Position numbers and translations under genes: made by a program. Below, one piece after another: positions 27,270-39,895 of a DNA stretch of 64,000 nt. Within the stretch, counting starts at the first letter, position 1. The number at the start of each line of letters is the position of its first letter. Origin of the DNA: Moniliella sp. 'wahieum' (lineage: Eukaryota); the NCBI GenBank assembly GCA_003971905.1, contig RSEE01000021.1, forward strand, positions 558,001-622,000. Direction: 5' to 3'. A model generated the notes under the pieces. It did no database searches. It saw nothing but the letters and a program-made list of their open reading frames with translations, and was not told the DNA's origin.

Positions 27270-30049
27270 ATGTCGAGAGCGGCCGGGGCGCGGCAGCCCC
27301 ATCTGTCCAATGCGGAGCTCGACAAGCTGCGCGAGTCCATCCAGCTCTTTGACGGCAGCAAGTTCAAGTCCGCCTCAAGCTGGCCGCCGACATCCTCGCT
27401 GTCCATCCCGAGCATGCCGATGCGCTCGCCGTCAAGGCGCTCTGCCATGCCCAGTTTCCTTCCACCCAGAAGGAGAGCGTCGAGTTGGCTGCTCGTGCGG
27501 TGCGCAACAACCCCCGCTCCTTCCTCTGCTGGCACGCCCTCGCCATCTGCAACCGCAAGAACCGCAACTATGCCGAGGCGCTCAAGGCCTACAGCCAAGC
27601 CTCCCGCATCGACCCCAACAACGGCATGATGTCCGCGAGATTGCGCTCATGTCGACGATGCGCGCCATTACGCCCCCATTGTCGAACTGCGTCTCACTGC
27701 GCTTCGCATGATGCCCACATGCGCACCAGTGGGTCCTGCTTGCTCTTGCCCACCACATGGCCGGCAGCCTGCCACAGGCTGTCCGGGTGATGGAGGAGTA
27801 TGAGGATGTGATCCACGTGCGTTGCCATTCCTTTCCCCAGGCACAAGGACTAACATGTTCTTTCGCTTTGCAGGAGCAACCGCCCAAGTCGTTTGATCAG
27901 TCGGAGACCTGGCTCTACCATGCCACTTTGCTCATCGAGCTTGAGCGGTACGAGGAGGCAATCGATTTGCTCGACCTACACGCGCCAGAAATTGTGGACT
28001 TGAACGCCCGCGTTGAGCTCAAGAGCCAGGTCTTGCTCAAGCTTGGAAAGGCGGCCGAGGCGGCAAGCGTTCCACTTCTTGTTGGAACGCAACCCCCATT
28101 CCGCCGCGTACGTTCAAGGCTACCTGATGGCCAAGGGCATTGACTCGGCCAAGGATGTCTCGGAAGCGGAGGTACTTCCTGTCTTGGAAAAACTTGAGAC
28201 AACCTGGCCCGACAGCTTGGCGATCCGTGCCGCGGCGCTGAAGCTGCTGTCAGGACCCGAATTTGAGAAGCGGGTAGACACGCACTTTGTGCGAGCGTGC
28301 CAGAAGGGTGTGCCATCGCTGTTCAACTCGCTCAAGCAGTATTACGCCCAGCCCGACAAGCGAGTCTTTATTGGCGCCATGGCCGAAAAGCATCGTCTCG
28401 CCTGGCAAGAGGCTGCTGCGGGAACGGAGGACGACGAGACAGAGTCGCCTTCGGCCTACCTTTGGAGTCTGTACTTTTTGGCGCAACACTACTCGTACAT
28501 TGGCGATGCAGACCGAGCCAAGGCGTATATCCAGTCTGCCATTGCCCACACCCCCACGCTCACTGAGCTCTATATGACCCAGGCGCGCATCCTGAAGCGC
28601 ACCGGAGACCTGCACGCTGCTGCCGATGCTGCTGAGACGGCACGTTTGTTGGATGGGCAGGACCGGTACGTGAATTGCAAGTCGGTCAAGTACGCGTTGC
28701 GGATTGATGACGTCCAAACGGCCATTGACTTGGCGGGCAAGTTTACCATGAAGACCGCCGCTACCCGACGGCCCGGCCGACTTGATCGACATGCAAGCGT
28801 TTTGGTTCATGTCGGAAGAAGTGGCTGCTCTGTTGCGCAAGGGCCAGTACGCGATGGCGATCAAGCGCTTGGGCAACATCCAAGACACCAAGGAGCAGCT
28901 TTGGGTCGAACAGGTCGACTTCCATGGTTGGGCGGTTCGCAAGTTTAACTTGCGGAGCTACTTGCGTGCGATTGAATGGTGGGACAGCACCGTGCTCATC
29001 CCGCCGCACTCAAGGCGGAGTTGCAGACGGTTAGCTGTGCTGCAAGCTGCATGACCACCCGGAACTGGTTCAGCAAGAAGTGGCAGAAGCTGAGCGTAAG
29101 AAGGATGCCGCCAAGGCGAATGCCAATGCCAACGCCAAGGAGGAGGGGCTGGCGCGCCCAAGTTGTCGGCTGGACAGAAGAAAAAACTCAAGGCCAAGCA
29201 AAAGGCTGAGGCAGCTAAGAAGGCCGAAGCGGATGCTAGCAACGAGGATACGGAAGCCAAGGTGCCCGATGCGGATCCGACGGGCATTGAGGCGCTCAAG
29301 GCGCTGAATCCGCTTGCCCTGGCTCAGACCACATGCGAACAGCTTCAGCAGTTTGCCCCAGACCAGATCGGTACGTGGCTCGCCACGTTTGAGTGGGCGA
29401 TTCGTGCCGAAGCGTGGTTTGCCGCCGTGCGGGCCGCCAAGCAGATCGAGCGAATCGACCCGACTCACCCGGGTCTGTACCTTGCCTCGGTGCGTTTGGC
29501 CACGGGCAAGCCCCACATCAGCGCAGGTGGCAAGGCGGTCAAGGCGGCTTTCGCCGCCGCGCTCGCTTCGCTCACCCCCTCATCTCTCGAGGCACGGCAT
29601 GCCGAGTTTGTGCAAACCCACCCCAACTCCCCGCCTCATCTTGTCGCTGCCGCGCAGGGTCTGCTGCTCCTGGCCCCGCCGCGCAAGGGGGGCCTCAGCG
29701 CCCGAAGGGACGAGGTGACGGAGCTGCTGTTGACTCTGCCCAAGCAGGCGAAGGATGCTCCTCTCGCTCCTTCTCGCCGCGATCAGATTGACAGCCATGT
29801 GGGGCCGTACAAGAATGCGAATCTACGTGCCTTGGTCGAAGGTTGGAGCTGCTGCAGAACCCGGCGGTGGCTGCTTCGGCCGAGGCGGTGCAGGAGTACC
29901 TCTCCTTGGCCCACCAGGCTTGGCCCGCGTGTGATGCGTTCAAGCCGGCAGCTGTGTTGGCCAAGGAGGCCAGTGAACGCCAGGCGGCCCGCCAGCACTG
30001 GGAGGCCACCGCGAACGATGCCAATGGCACTGCGCGTCGGGCGCTCTAA
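27270..30049 (+). CDS. NAT1: NatA N-terminal acetyltransferase auxiliary subunit (TPR, NAA15)
   Basis: KGVPSLF, YLWSLYFLAQHY, AIAHTPTLTELYMTQARILK, LDGQDRYVNCK, DMQAFWF, EQVDFH, DPTG. Intron 27817-27873. Confidence 0.93.
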
Positions 30050-30620
30050 GCGCAGGGGGATCGGACTGTCTCCTGATGGCGGTGCATTCGTGCTACCGGT
30101 GTTAACGTTTGCCATGGCTGTTCTGTTTGCGGAGGGGGTGGGATAGGTAGTTGTGTAGGAGAGGCTAGTAACCGCACTGCGTTTGCAATACATTGACCTC
30201 GTCTGCAGACCAGCATCGGCCAGAACCACACGTTATAAGACTGCGCCCACGGTAGCGGGTCCCGAAAGGATTACACTCTCGTCGTCTGTTCTATGCCCTT
30301 TCTCTCATTGTATACGAGGCGATGCCCCCCCGCGCGTTCAAGGAAGTTGGAGGGGCATGGTACCATGGCGGACGATGGTGCTGGCACTGTGTTAAAAGAC
30401 AAGACACTGGCGAGGGTGCCGGACCTGCCGCGACGAGGTCGGGTCCGAGCCCTGGCTAGCCCCGACAGCACCAAGTCAGAGGGTCTTAGCAGAATCCAAT
30501 TTTGCGGGGGATACAACACGACAGAGAGCAAACGACGATGGCAGCAAGGGGACGGCCATAAAGGCAGATGGAGGCACGACGGGCAGCAAAACGGAACGCG
30601 ACTCGTACGTCCATGCGAGC

Positions 30621-30677
30621 AGGGCAAGGTAGGGCAGGGCAGGGCAGGGCAGGGTAGGACAGGTAGGGTAGGGTAGG
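30621..30677 (+). repeat. (AGGGY)n pentamer repeat with G-quadruplex potential
   Basis: Eight GGG runs with short loops, immediately 3' of the SIN3 stop codon. Confidence 0.75.
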
Positions 30678-30683
30678 ATGCGG

Positions 30684-33600
30684 TCATGTGCTCTTGTCCT
30701 CCATGTCGTCCAAGTCCATTGGTTCCTCCCCTTCCCCTTCCTCGGGAGGAACAGGAGCTGGAACGGATGCCACAGCGCCAAGCCGCTTGGTGAGCCAGGC
30801 AGCCAACTTAGCTTCCTTGCGCGATCGGCTGGCTACCAGTCCGGCCGTACGAGCGTCCATCTCGGCGCGGGGCCAATGACGGACCATCAATCGTCTTGCC
30901 CCTGCTCAAAGCGCAGGCGACACGTTGCGGTCAATCTCGCCCTCGATACCGTGCTGTGAAGTAAACGTAACATGTTCGGGGGGCGGCTGCGCTTTGGACC
31001 CAGACCCGTCGGTACCCTCCCCCTCTCCTGCAGTGGAGACGTGTTTGGATTTGGGTGACCGGCCAAAGCAAGGTTCTGTGGGAGTAAGCCGGCGACCGCG
31101 GTTCTTGGCAGTCCCTCGGTGGGGTACCACGAGGCATAGGCCGCCATGTAGTAGAGTAACTTGTTGCGTTTGGATGTCGCTTCTTGGGGCAGCGTGAGTT
31201 CGTTCCGTCCCAAAAGTTGATAGGTGAGCAGATGGCTCGACTCGTTCCACACAATCCGGAACAAATTTTCTTCGGCAGCCAGAATACCCTCCGAGGCCAT
31301 CCGCTGGTCGATTAGGCTGCGGTACCACTCGACCAAGGCCCTTGCGTTGGCTGGGTCGCCACGCAGCGCCTTGGCTGCCGCGGTCGTCCGGGCACGAGAA
31401 ACGTCAACTTGTTCGATTAGGGCAAGCGAGCGTTGGTCAGTGACCAAGTTGTGCGCCTGCAACGGGAAAGGGTCAGCACAATGCTAAGAAACCAAAGAAA
31501 AAAGACGAACCGCTTTGACCAACCCGCTCACCACCTTGTCCACGGTGAAGATGGGGTAGCATCAATGTCAAACATGAACCGCGCCGCTTCCTCAAAAGAG
31601 GACTGATCCAGTTCGCCATCAAATCTCTCGCACATTTGAAGAAGCGTGCCATAGTAGTGTCGTGGGTGGAGGAAGAAGCCGGCTTGCTGGTCCGGGTTTT
31701 CGTGCGCTGCACATGCCATGGCTCCTACCACTGCACTGGGGCCGGTACTAGGGTCCTGAAGCCCCAGTGCGACGGCGACAGGGTTGACGCGTTGGTGGGA
31801 GGGGTATACCTGTGCTCGCTTCTCCGACGCTGTTTTGAGCGCGCTCAGACGCGTAGAGAGCAATTCAAACAGCTTGACAAACACAAAGTTGCGTGTTGGC
31901 ATAGAAAAAGAGCGAGTCCATGTCGGCCGGGAGCCCCGACTTGTCCTTGGACGGGACAGTGCCAGGTTGCTCAAACGCGCCGAATCTCATCCACGTATCA
32001 ATCGTGTGTTCCTCGCAGGGGGGTGGATGAGATTGCAGCCGAGTTGTCCGGCTTGGGAGCTTCATCCGCTTCAGGCAGAGGATCGGTTGCAGAACCATGG
32101 GGATCAGCCTCATCGCCATCGTCTTTGGTAGAGACATCTCCTCGTCTTCATCAACCGAACGCAGAGGTGTGACCCATGCTTCTACTTCGGCTGGGTCAAT
32201 CCCAAAGATGAGTGGTCCAAAGGAACGTAAGAAGGATTCGATCCTCTCCATGTCGGGTTTGCTGTAGTTTGTTGCCCGGTCCAATGGGAAAAACACATTT
32301 TGAGCACGTCGGAAACACACCCTTATCGCCCATCTTGACCGCATGTTGGTAGCAGGGCCAAGCACAGACTTGCTGTGCTTGTTCGGGCCGACCCAGCTCG
32401 ATCGCCTGGGCTCGCTCATGCCGCGAGGCAGCTTGGTGTTGCGCCAATTGGTGAGACCCCGCTTCGATCTCGGCCACAAAGGCCTTGCTCGTAGTGGCTC
32501 GTTATCGTTGACCTTAAAGTCTTTGCCCTGGTGGTCCAGGCTCTTGTAAAAGTTGCGTAAGTCCACCTCGTGCCACACCTTGTTCCACTCCCTCTGCCCG
32601 GCACGCCATGCTTGGTCCGTCGCCTTAAGCCGGTCCAACAATAGGGAGCGTGACTGCCGGAGCCCGACATGGCAGCTAGGATTTCCAGCCCCGCCTCTTT
32701 GCCATACACCTTCTTGACTACCCGCTCGTGAATCGTCGGGCTGGCCGCACCCAAGTCCTTGGGGAGCCGAGCAGCCTCGCGCTCGGCAGCCGGCATCTTC
32801 TCCAACCGGGCGACGAGGGGGATGAGAAGCTCAATGGTGCGTAGGTTGAGTTCAATGTGATGATCAAACTCATGCCGCTCCTCTCTGAGATAAAGAGGGT
32901 GGTCTCATACACATTCTTCCGATGGGGCATGAACCCTTCCGACTCGGAGGAGAAGAGTGGAGTGCTGAGGAAGGAATCGTTGAGCACTGACCAACACAGC
33001 GCATCTCTGCCACTGCAAGACAAGTTGGACTCGAACCGTGGGAGGCGATGGTAAGATGGACCATAGGCCTTGTACAGTCCGGGGATCACGGGGTTGCGGC
33101 GCTGAACGGGTATGTTGGAAATGGTAGGCGGTACGCTGGTAAGCCAGTCGTCTTTGCCTTGGTCGTATCCGACCATGTGGCAGAACATGCCGAACAGATC
33201 AGGGTTGTTCCCGATGAACAAGGCGACTTGGTCCAGCAAAGACGTGTGTCAATGACGTCTTGGGAGAACAGCTGGAGCAGTTTGAGGAACTCGGTGTAAG
33301 CCGCTTTCCCATCGATATGCCGCTTGATCCGGTCAAAGAGCGCCACCTCGCCCAACGAAGCCAACATGGTCTCCTTTGGCTCTGCCGTTCGGGGTTCAAG
33401 TCGCACCCCAAACACTGCCTCGGCAGGGTACCAGGTCGCATCAATGGATGCTGCATAAGCCGGCTCGCCCGCTTGCACGGGCACGACCGTCTCTTCTGGG
33501 TACACAACTGGGTTGTACACCGTCTCTGGCTCAGGGGGCGCTGTGTAACCGTGTTTGGTTCGCTTGCCTCGAGATTCGGCGCTTGCGGCCGGGACAGCGG

Positions 33601-34821
33601 AATCGGGGGCGCTCCTCTTCTTTGCTTTGGCGCCGGAAGCACGAGGACGAACTGGTGGTTCCGCAGGAGGGTACGGAGGGAGACCATGATTAAAGGTTTC
33701 GGCCGGTGGGGCTGCGGGGGTGGGCATGGCACCAAAAAGGCCGCCCGCAGCAGCCCCCCGCCACCACCCCACCACCCTCACCACCACCTTGGTTGTTGTC
33801 AGGGAGGAACTGACGGAACTCGTGGAGCAAGTCCTTGTCATTCCCAAAGAGATGGGTGACTTCGGCATAGACTTCTTGGATGGGGCGCGAGCCGCGCTGA
33901 TAGGCTTGGAGATCTCCAGGAACTGACGGTACGTGTCCGGCGCCGCGTTGAAGCGTTGCTTATCTTATTGACATAGTTGATGGCATGGTTGAACTCAAGG
34001 GGGGCGCGACTGCCATCGTGCGGCACGGGCGGGCCCGGAGGGGGCTGGGCCAGCGCGCCGGTTCCACTTGTACCACCGGGCGTAGTAGGAGCTGGGGGAG
34101 AATATTAGAAACCACACCCAAGCGGAAAGGAGGGGGAAGAGCGGAGTTGACAGGGCAGGTCAGTACGTACCAGGAGCGGGATGGCTATTGCCATTCGAGT
34201 AGCCTGGCCCGGCAGGCCGGGCTGGATGGGGTACCCGACTGGGCGTACCCGATTGCGGGCTGGTGCGGGTGCATGACGGGGCTTGCGTGCGCTACGGCCG
34301 GAGGCATGGGGTGCGAGGGCGCGGGGGCACGCTGGTGGGCATGGGTCGGTGGGGGAGAGATGGGCTGGGGCGGCGGCGGCGGCGGCAGGAGCGGGTCGGG
34401 GACGACATTGGCCATGGCAGCCGCATTGACGCGGGACAGGGCGCCGGCGAGGCCAATGCCTCCCTGGGCAGTCATCGTGCCGGTGGGGGTGGTGACGGTG
34501 ATCATGTTGGTCTCTTGGGAGCAGTCGATGTGGTAGCCGGGCGGGAGGAAGGTGTTGAAGCCCTGGATGAGCGCGGCATGGCCCTGGAACAGGGCGGAGA
34601 CGCGCTCGATGACGCCGGGGGTGTCGATGGCCTGGCTCTTGAAGTCCTTCATGATGTCGAGGAAGCGGTTGTACACATCGGGGTGATCAGCAAACTGGAC
34701 CTTGACCTGGTCGAGGTACTCGAGCGCATCCTTGACGTTGAGCGATGACTGGGGGGGGGGGGTTAGCGGCGGGGGGATGGTGGTGGGGGGATGGTGGTGG
34801 GGGCGGAGGGCGACGTACCAT
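30684..34821 (-). CDS. SIN3: Sin3 histone deacetylase co-repressor
   Basis: PAH1 [26 protein letters not shown]2 [15 protein letters not shown]3 [11 protein letters not shown] region [25 protein letters not shown], and [10 protein letters not shown]. Confidence 0.96.
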
Positions 34822-34834
34822 GGGGCGGCAGATG

Positions 34835-34855
34835 CACACACACACACACACACAT
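34835..34855. repeat. (CA)n microsatellite just upstream of the SIN3 start codon
   Basis: Uninterrupted CA run read directly. Confidence 0.85.
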
Positions 34856-35390
34856 GCAGGGGGGTGGAGAGCAGGCAAGCAGGGCGGCGGCTGGGCAGCA
34901 GCAGCAACGAGTGGTGGTCCACCTCCGCCCGACACCCAGCCAGCAGCAGCCGATCCGGCCAGGCTGTCTGCTCGCGCCCCCATTCCGCCCCCGCCCCCAT
35001 CCCGCGCCTGCCCCCGGAATCAGTAATCAGCAACCATCATCACCGCTCAGCCTCAGTCAATATTCCATCCAATCCGTGCACACCACTTGCACCGATCCCT
35101 CTCTTCGGGTAAACCACTCACGTTTCCCAGTCTGGAGTCCCAGCTCCCTCGCCTCTTGCTGCCGGTAGTAGACCAGCACCATTACTGCCTTTTACGCTGC
35201 TCGCATCCGCCACGGCACTCGCAGCCATCCAATCAGGCTTGCCATGACGTAGGCGCTACGCTCTACGCTCCACACGCTGGGTCGACTGAAGACACAAATA
35301 GGATGCACACGTTCTATGCGAAAACAGTTAAAGCAAAGACAGAAGACAAGTATTACAAGAAAAGGAGAACAAGCAAGCCATTTTGTTTCA

Positions 35391-36893
35391 TCAGGCGTCC
35401 AGAGCCGTGCCGTGGACAAGGTGCTCAATCAGCTTGAACGCCGCCGGCGAGTTGTCCTGAGGAATCATGTGGCCCGAGTGCCAGACCTCGACAAATGTCA
35501 GTCCGCGCTCCTCGTGGAACTTGCCCGTCTTGGTTCCATTGACGGTGAGGTACTGGTTCGGCTTGGTCTGGAACCCGCGCTGGCCGGCCCACGTCATGTT
35601 TTGGATCGCCAACGCCGAGCCGTTGGCGAGCAGGATCGAGTCGAGGGTGCCATGGGCAATTGTTGCGCAAGTTCTTCTCAATCACGCTCGGCATCACCGT
35701 CTCGTCCGGCGGCAGACTCAGGTCGCTGCCCACAAACGGATACGTGTTGGTGCACTCGATCCATTGCACACTCTCGGGCGCATGGATGAGCTTCTTGAAT
35801 CCAGGAATGTCGTTGATAATGTTGGTCGCGTTGGCCTCCAGGTCAGCGGGCGGGAAGCCCAGAGGGTCCAGGGTAGGCTTGGACTCGTTCACATTGTAAA
35901 TGTTAAAGTTGGGATTGGCCAGCGAAGCCGCATTGTACAAGTCGTTAGCGGGCGAGTAGCTCATTGGTGTAGGTGCCTTGAGCCCCTCAGCCGGAGGCGG
36001 ATAGACCAAATTCTCCTCCACGTAGTTGTAAATCTTGTTCTTCTTGGCCTCGGCGTAGAACGAGTCGAGGAAAGAAGAGGGCAGGTCCAGCACGACTCCC
36101 ACTTGCGTACAAACGTGGGCATGGCGGCCTCCGAGCCGAAAAAGTCATTGGTCCAGGAAGGATCGTGGATTGAATGCCTTTCAGGTCAATCCCATACTTG
36201 GCATTGTGGATCGGGGCATTGTGAATGTGGTGGGCGATATAGGGAATGTACATCCCAGCGTAGCTCTCCCCCGTGATCCACAGGCGCTTGCCATGTGCCT
36301 CAGGGAACGTCTCGTACCACTTCATTAGGAAACTGTAAAACTCCTTGGCCACATCGAACTCGTCCCTCGCATCTGGCTTGCCCTGGGCAAAGCCAGTGGG
36401 CACGGGCTGCTCAATCCACAGCACGTTGGCCACCTTGGTCCAGCTGTCCGGGTTCAGCTTGACATAGGGCTCGGGCGCGTCGCCGGTCACGTTCCAAGGG
36501 AACAGAACCGGTCCATTCTCTTGCAACAGCCCTTCCAGACTGGAGCATCCTGTCGACCAAACAAAGGAGAAACGTCAGCTCCGTTCCAACACTTGGGCCA
36601 TTGCGAAAGGATCTGACACGTACCTGGTCCACCATTAAGCCAGATGACAAGATCGTCCTTGCCGCGCGCAGACTCGGACTCGAAGTACCAGAAGAAATAT
36701 TCATACGTTTGGTCGGTCAGATGAGCTGGTTTAACGGGCAAGGTGCCAGCCCAGGACTCGGGTACGGCAAATGGAACGGTGGGCCACTCGGGGGCACATA
36801 GTAAGGCGACTTGGATGAAGCTCCGCGCCTGAGTGGCGTGGCAGACACAGCCATGGCTGCCAGGGCGGCAAGAGCAGCAAATGTACCACGCAT
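35391..36893 (-). CDS. Secreted serine carboxypeptidase (peptidase S10)
   Basis: Signal peptide MRGTFAALAALAAMAVSA, WLNGGPG|CSS across intron 36623-36550, QENGP, EQPVPTGF, GESYAG (catalytic Ser), SGHMIP (catalytic His). Confidence 0.93.
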
Positions 36894-37789
36894 GTGTGGT
36901 TGTTGGATTGGCGGAAAAGGGGCGACAGTGACGATGAGAAAAGAGGAGACGGAAGTGGGTTGCCGCCTTTTGAGGGGGGGAGCGAATGGGAATTCGTATA
37001 AATGGTGCAGATGGGGCACAGGGTTGTGCAGGGGCAGGAACATAAGATGGATGAACGCCTGGCTGCGCCTGCTGCGCCTGCGCAGGCAGCGCATATGCTG
37101 CCGCCAACCGAATCCAGACCGTGTGACGCGTGAAACTGCACTGCCGTAGAGTCATGGAATCATTCTACAGCCCTGAGAGGCTCAGACCCCTCGGGTCCAT
37201 CAGGCGGCAGGGCGTGCAAAGCCATATGCTTCCACTGAACCGGCTTACACTGGCCGAATCCACGTTGAACTTGAAGCGAATCAACAATCTGGTGAGCGCG
37301 GTGAGCCTCAGGCGCTGGCCCGTCACGGTGACGGTGATGGCTGAACTGAGTCAGTACCAAAGCCAAGGCGAACAGGATCCGTTGCACACTGAATCTGTGC
37401 GTTGCAACCTGCTACAGCCGGAGTAGGTACGTCCGCAAAAAAGCCGCAGTGTCACGACGGTCACTACGTCAGGAGTGGCTAGTATCCTGGCAAGAGCATG
37501 AACGTTGGACCATGTGGCTGCAGCTGACACATGTGGCATGCGGCCAGGCGCGGGGACAGTGTGGTGTGGTTGGGGACAGAGACAGGCGGTGCGCAAGCCT
37601 GATCGGCAGCGACTGCCCCTCCTGCTCCCAGATGTAGCATCTGATCGCAGGCGAGGGGGCAGTGTGGGCGCACCTCGTGGGCTGGGGTGCGGCAGAGATA
37701 AGCGCTGCGGCTCAGCCCATGCCCAGTGCCCAGTGCCCATTCCCCAGCCGCGCGGACAGACGACCACCGCCACGCCCTGCGCAGACACC

Positions 37790-37859
37790 CACATTTCCCA
37801 TTTCCTATTTCCCATTTCCTATTTCCCATTTCCCATTGCACATTGCACATTGCACATTT
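37790..37859. repeat. 7-bp tandem repeat, 10 units (CCCATTT/CCTATTT/CACATTG variants)
   Basis: Read directly. A related CCAGTGC pair lies at about 37720-37740. Confidence 0.9.
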
Positions 37860-38529
37860 CACTTGTCACAATTTCAGATCCCCCGCCCGTCACCGCGTCA
37901 CCGCATATCCCTTTCCGACCAGCACGTCCGGCCAAGCTCCTCCAGTCTGGGCCCGCACTTTAGGTCCCGTCCCAGGAGGAGTTTGAGGATGCGCTTCAGG
38001 AACGCACGGACCCTCCCCTCTTTTCCCGCACCCATCACCGCCGCCTATACTTATAGCATTGCTACGAGCCGCGTTGGACCCGAGAAGGTCCCATCCAAGC
38101 TAAGGCCCCGGGCCTGCTCCGCACATGTCCAGTAGAGCGCGCTCCGCAGTCCAACCAAGTGTGATGATGCAGATGATGGTTGGTTAAATTAGGTGCGACG
38201 GCCCGAGGGGCCATGCATTCGCGCGACGTGAATAGTCGCCCCCCACCCAAGTCCAAGTCGGATCATGGCCTAAATAAACAAACGCCACCAATCTTCTCGT
38301 ATCTGTGCGACGACTGTCGCCCCATCACCACTTAATAGTTTCCTTTCTCGGTCGCGCCTGCGGCGACACCCCTCTTTTGACGTGTCTTCCTTTCTACATC
38401 CCCTCTTGTATCCGTTTCCCCTTTTGAGCTAGCCTGTACCCCTGGTTGATGGGGATCCTTTCCCCACCACATCCATTCTCGTCTCTTCTCGTCTTCATCC
38501 TCGTCCTTTCTTGTTGCTTCCCGCCTATC

Positions 38530-39214
38530 ATGTCCGACTCCTGCGCACATTCCAGCCAATTGAAGATTCAGTACAGGCAGCACCTTTACCCCCTAGCTCC
38601 CGCCCCCTCTTCCGACTTTGTCCTCCAGCTCTCCATCCGTCCAGTCGCGCGAGCCTTCCTTCAGCCGCGTCGATTCCCCGTACCAACGCATCGCGCTATT
38701 ACGTTCCGGCCACGTCGATAGCCGTCCCCGTCCAGTCTCAGCTCTGGCAGTGTTTGTCTGCCACTGCCTGCTCCCGTCCCTAAGACCAGGAGGCTTCAAA
38801 CACGTTACTACGGCCAAAGCCGGTACATATACGCAGCCTTGACACACGTGCAGCCCCCTCGGCTTCGCGCCCACAGGCTTCTCCTCGTCCCTATTAGCTC
38901 CGCTCGGATCCACCAACTAGCCCGAGCCTGAAACTACCGTGAGTCGACCTACCGTCTCCCAAGGGATTGTACCCCATAATCCCGGGCTAGCCCCCTGGCG
39001 ATGCCCGCCCCGTGACAGCAGGGAAGCGCACTGCCGGGTTCCTATGCACACCAACTTATGTGATGCATGTGAATTCACTTTGCCCAAGTCCCCGATCACC
39101 ACTATTATATGGGGGGCACCTTCTCTTCCTCTCTTCCGGCGGCAACCAGGCGGACTTCAGGGGCTGAAGTTGGCTCATCCCCCCGTGTTCGCTCCCATGT
39201 CATTTCGTAGTTGA
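38530..39214 (+). CDS. Possible orphan protein
   Basis: ATG follows a pyrimidine-rich leader. Overlapping short + ORFs would join only with frameshifts. No motif recognised. Confidence 0.25.
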
Positions 39215-39895
39215 TCCACTTCGGCTCCTCGAGACAGGCGCTTTGGATAGGACCCTCGGCGACGCTGTCGGGGTGCAACTCTGGAGAAGAGGGGAGAGAT
39301 GGGCGCGCACGCGGTGAAAGGACGAGAGAAGGGTGCTGTGGTTGCACATGCGATTCCGAGTTCGGTGTACTTATACTACCGTTTCTATCTCACCCTTGTC
39401 TGTGGTCGTCCGGTTGGATCGGGGGGCGTCCCCCGGCTCATATGTGGTGTTCAAAGGGCGAGGTTACCCTAGGCATTACCCCTTGATTCATTAGTCGAAG
39501 GCCTCATTAATCACCGTGGCCGTGGGGAGTCGGAGCTGGAATGCAGCATACCGTCCCCCGGGCGGTAGTTTACGACGGTACGTTGAACGGCACACGGCTG
39601 GATCGCCTCTTGGTTTCCCACGGGGGATCTCTAGCCTACACGTCGGATACGACGGTTGCAAAAACTGTCTTTTGCCATGGAGGCAATCTTCACGACGGAG
39701 ACTGGTTTTAAGAGTAGATCAAAAAGCGACAGAAATTCAATTACGACTGATGGTCGGAGAGATGACATATAATGCGAAGGGCGCGACACAGAGAGAAGGT
39801 GGGTATTCAGTCACAAGATGGACATGGAGGGTAAATACTGCGTATGCTGGGGGAAGAAGGTGGGGAGGGGAGGGGGGGTCAACGGACCCGCAAGC

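Noticed and set aside
27817..27873. 19-aa insertion in Nat1
   Set aside because: It is an ordinary 57-nt intron (GTGCGT..ACTAAC..CAG) that happens to be in frame and stop-free.
35184..35200. U5 snRNA loop-1-like GCCTTTTAC
   Set aside because: The flanks lack the closing stem (no YAG after the loop), and no other U5 features were seen.
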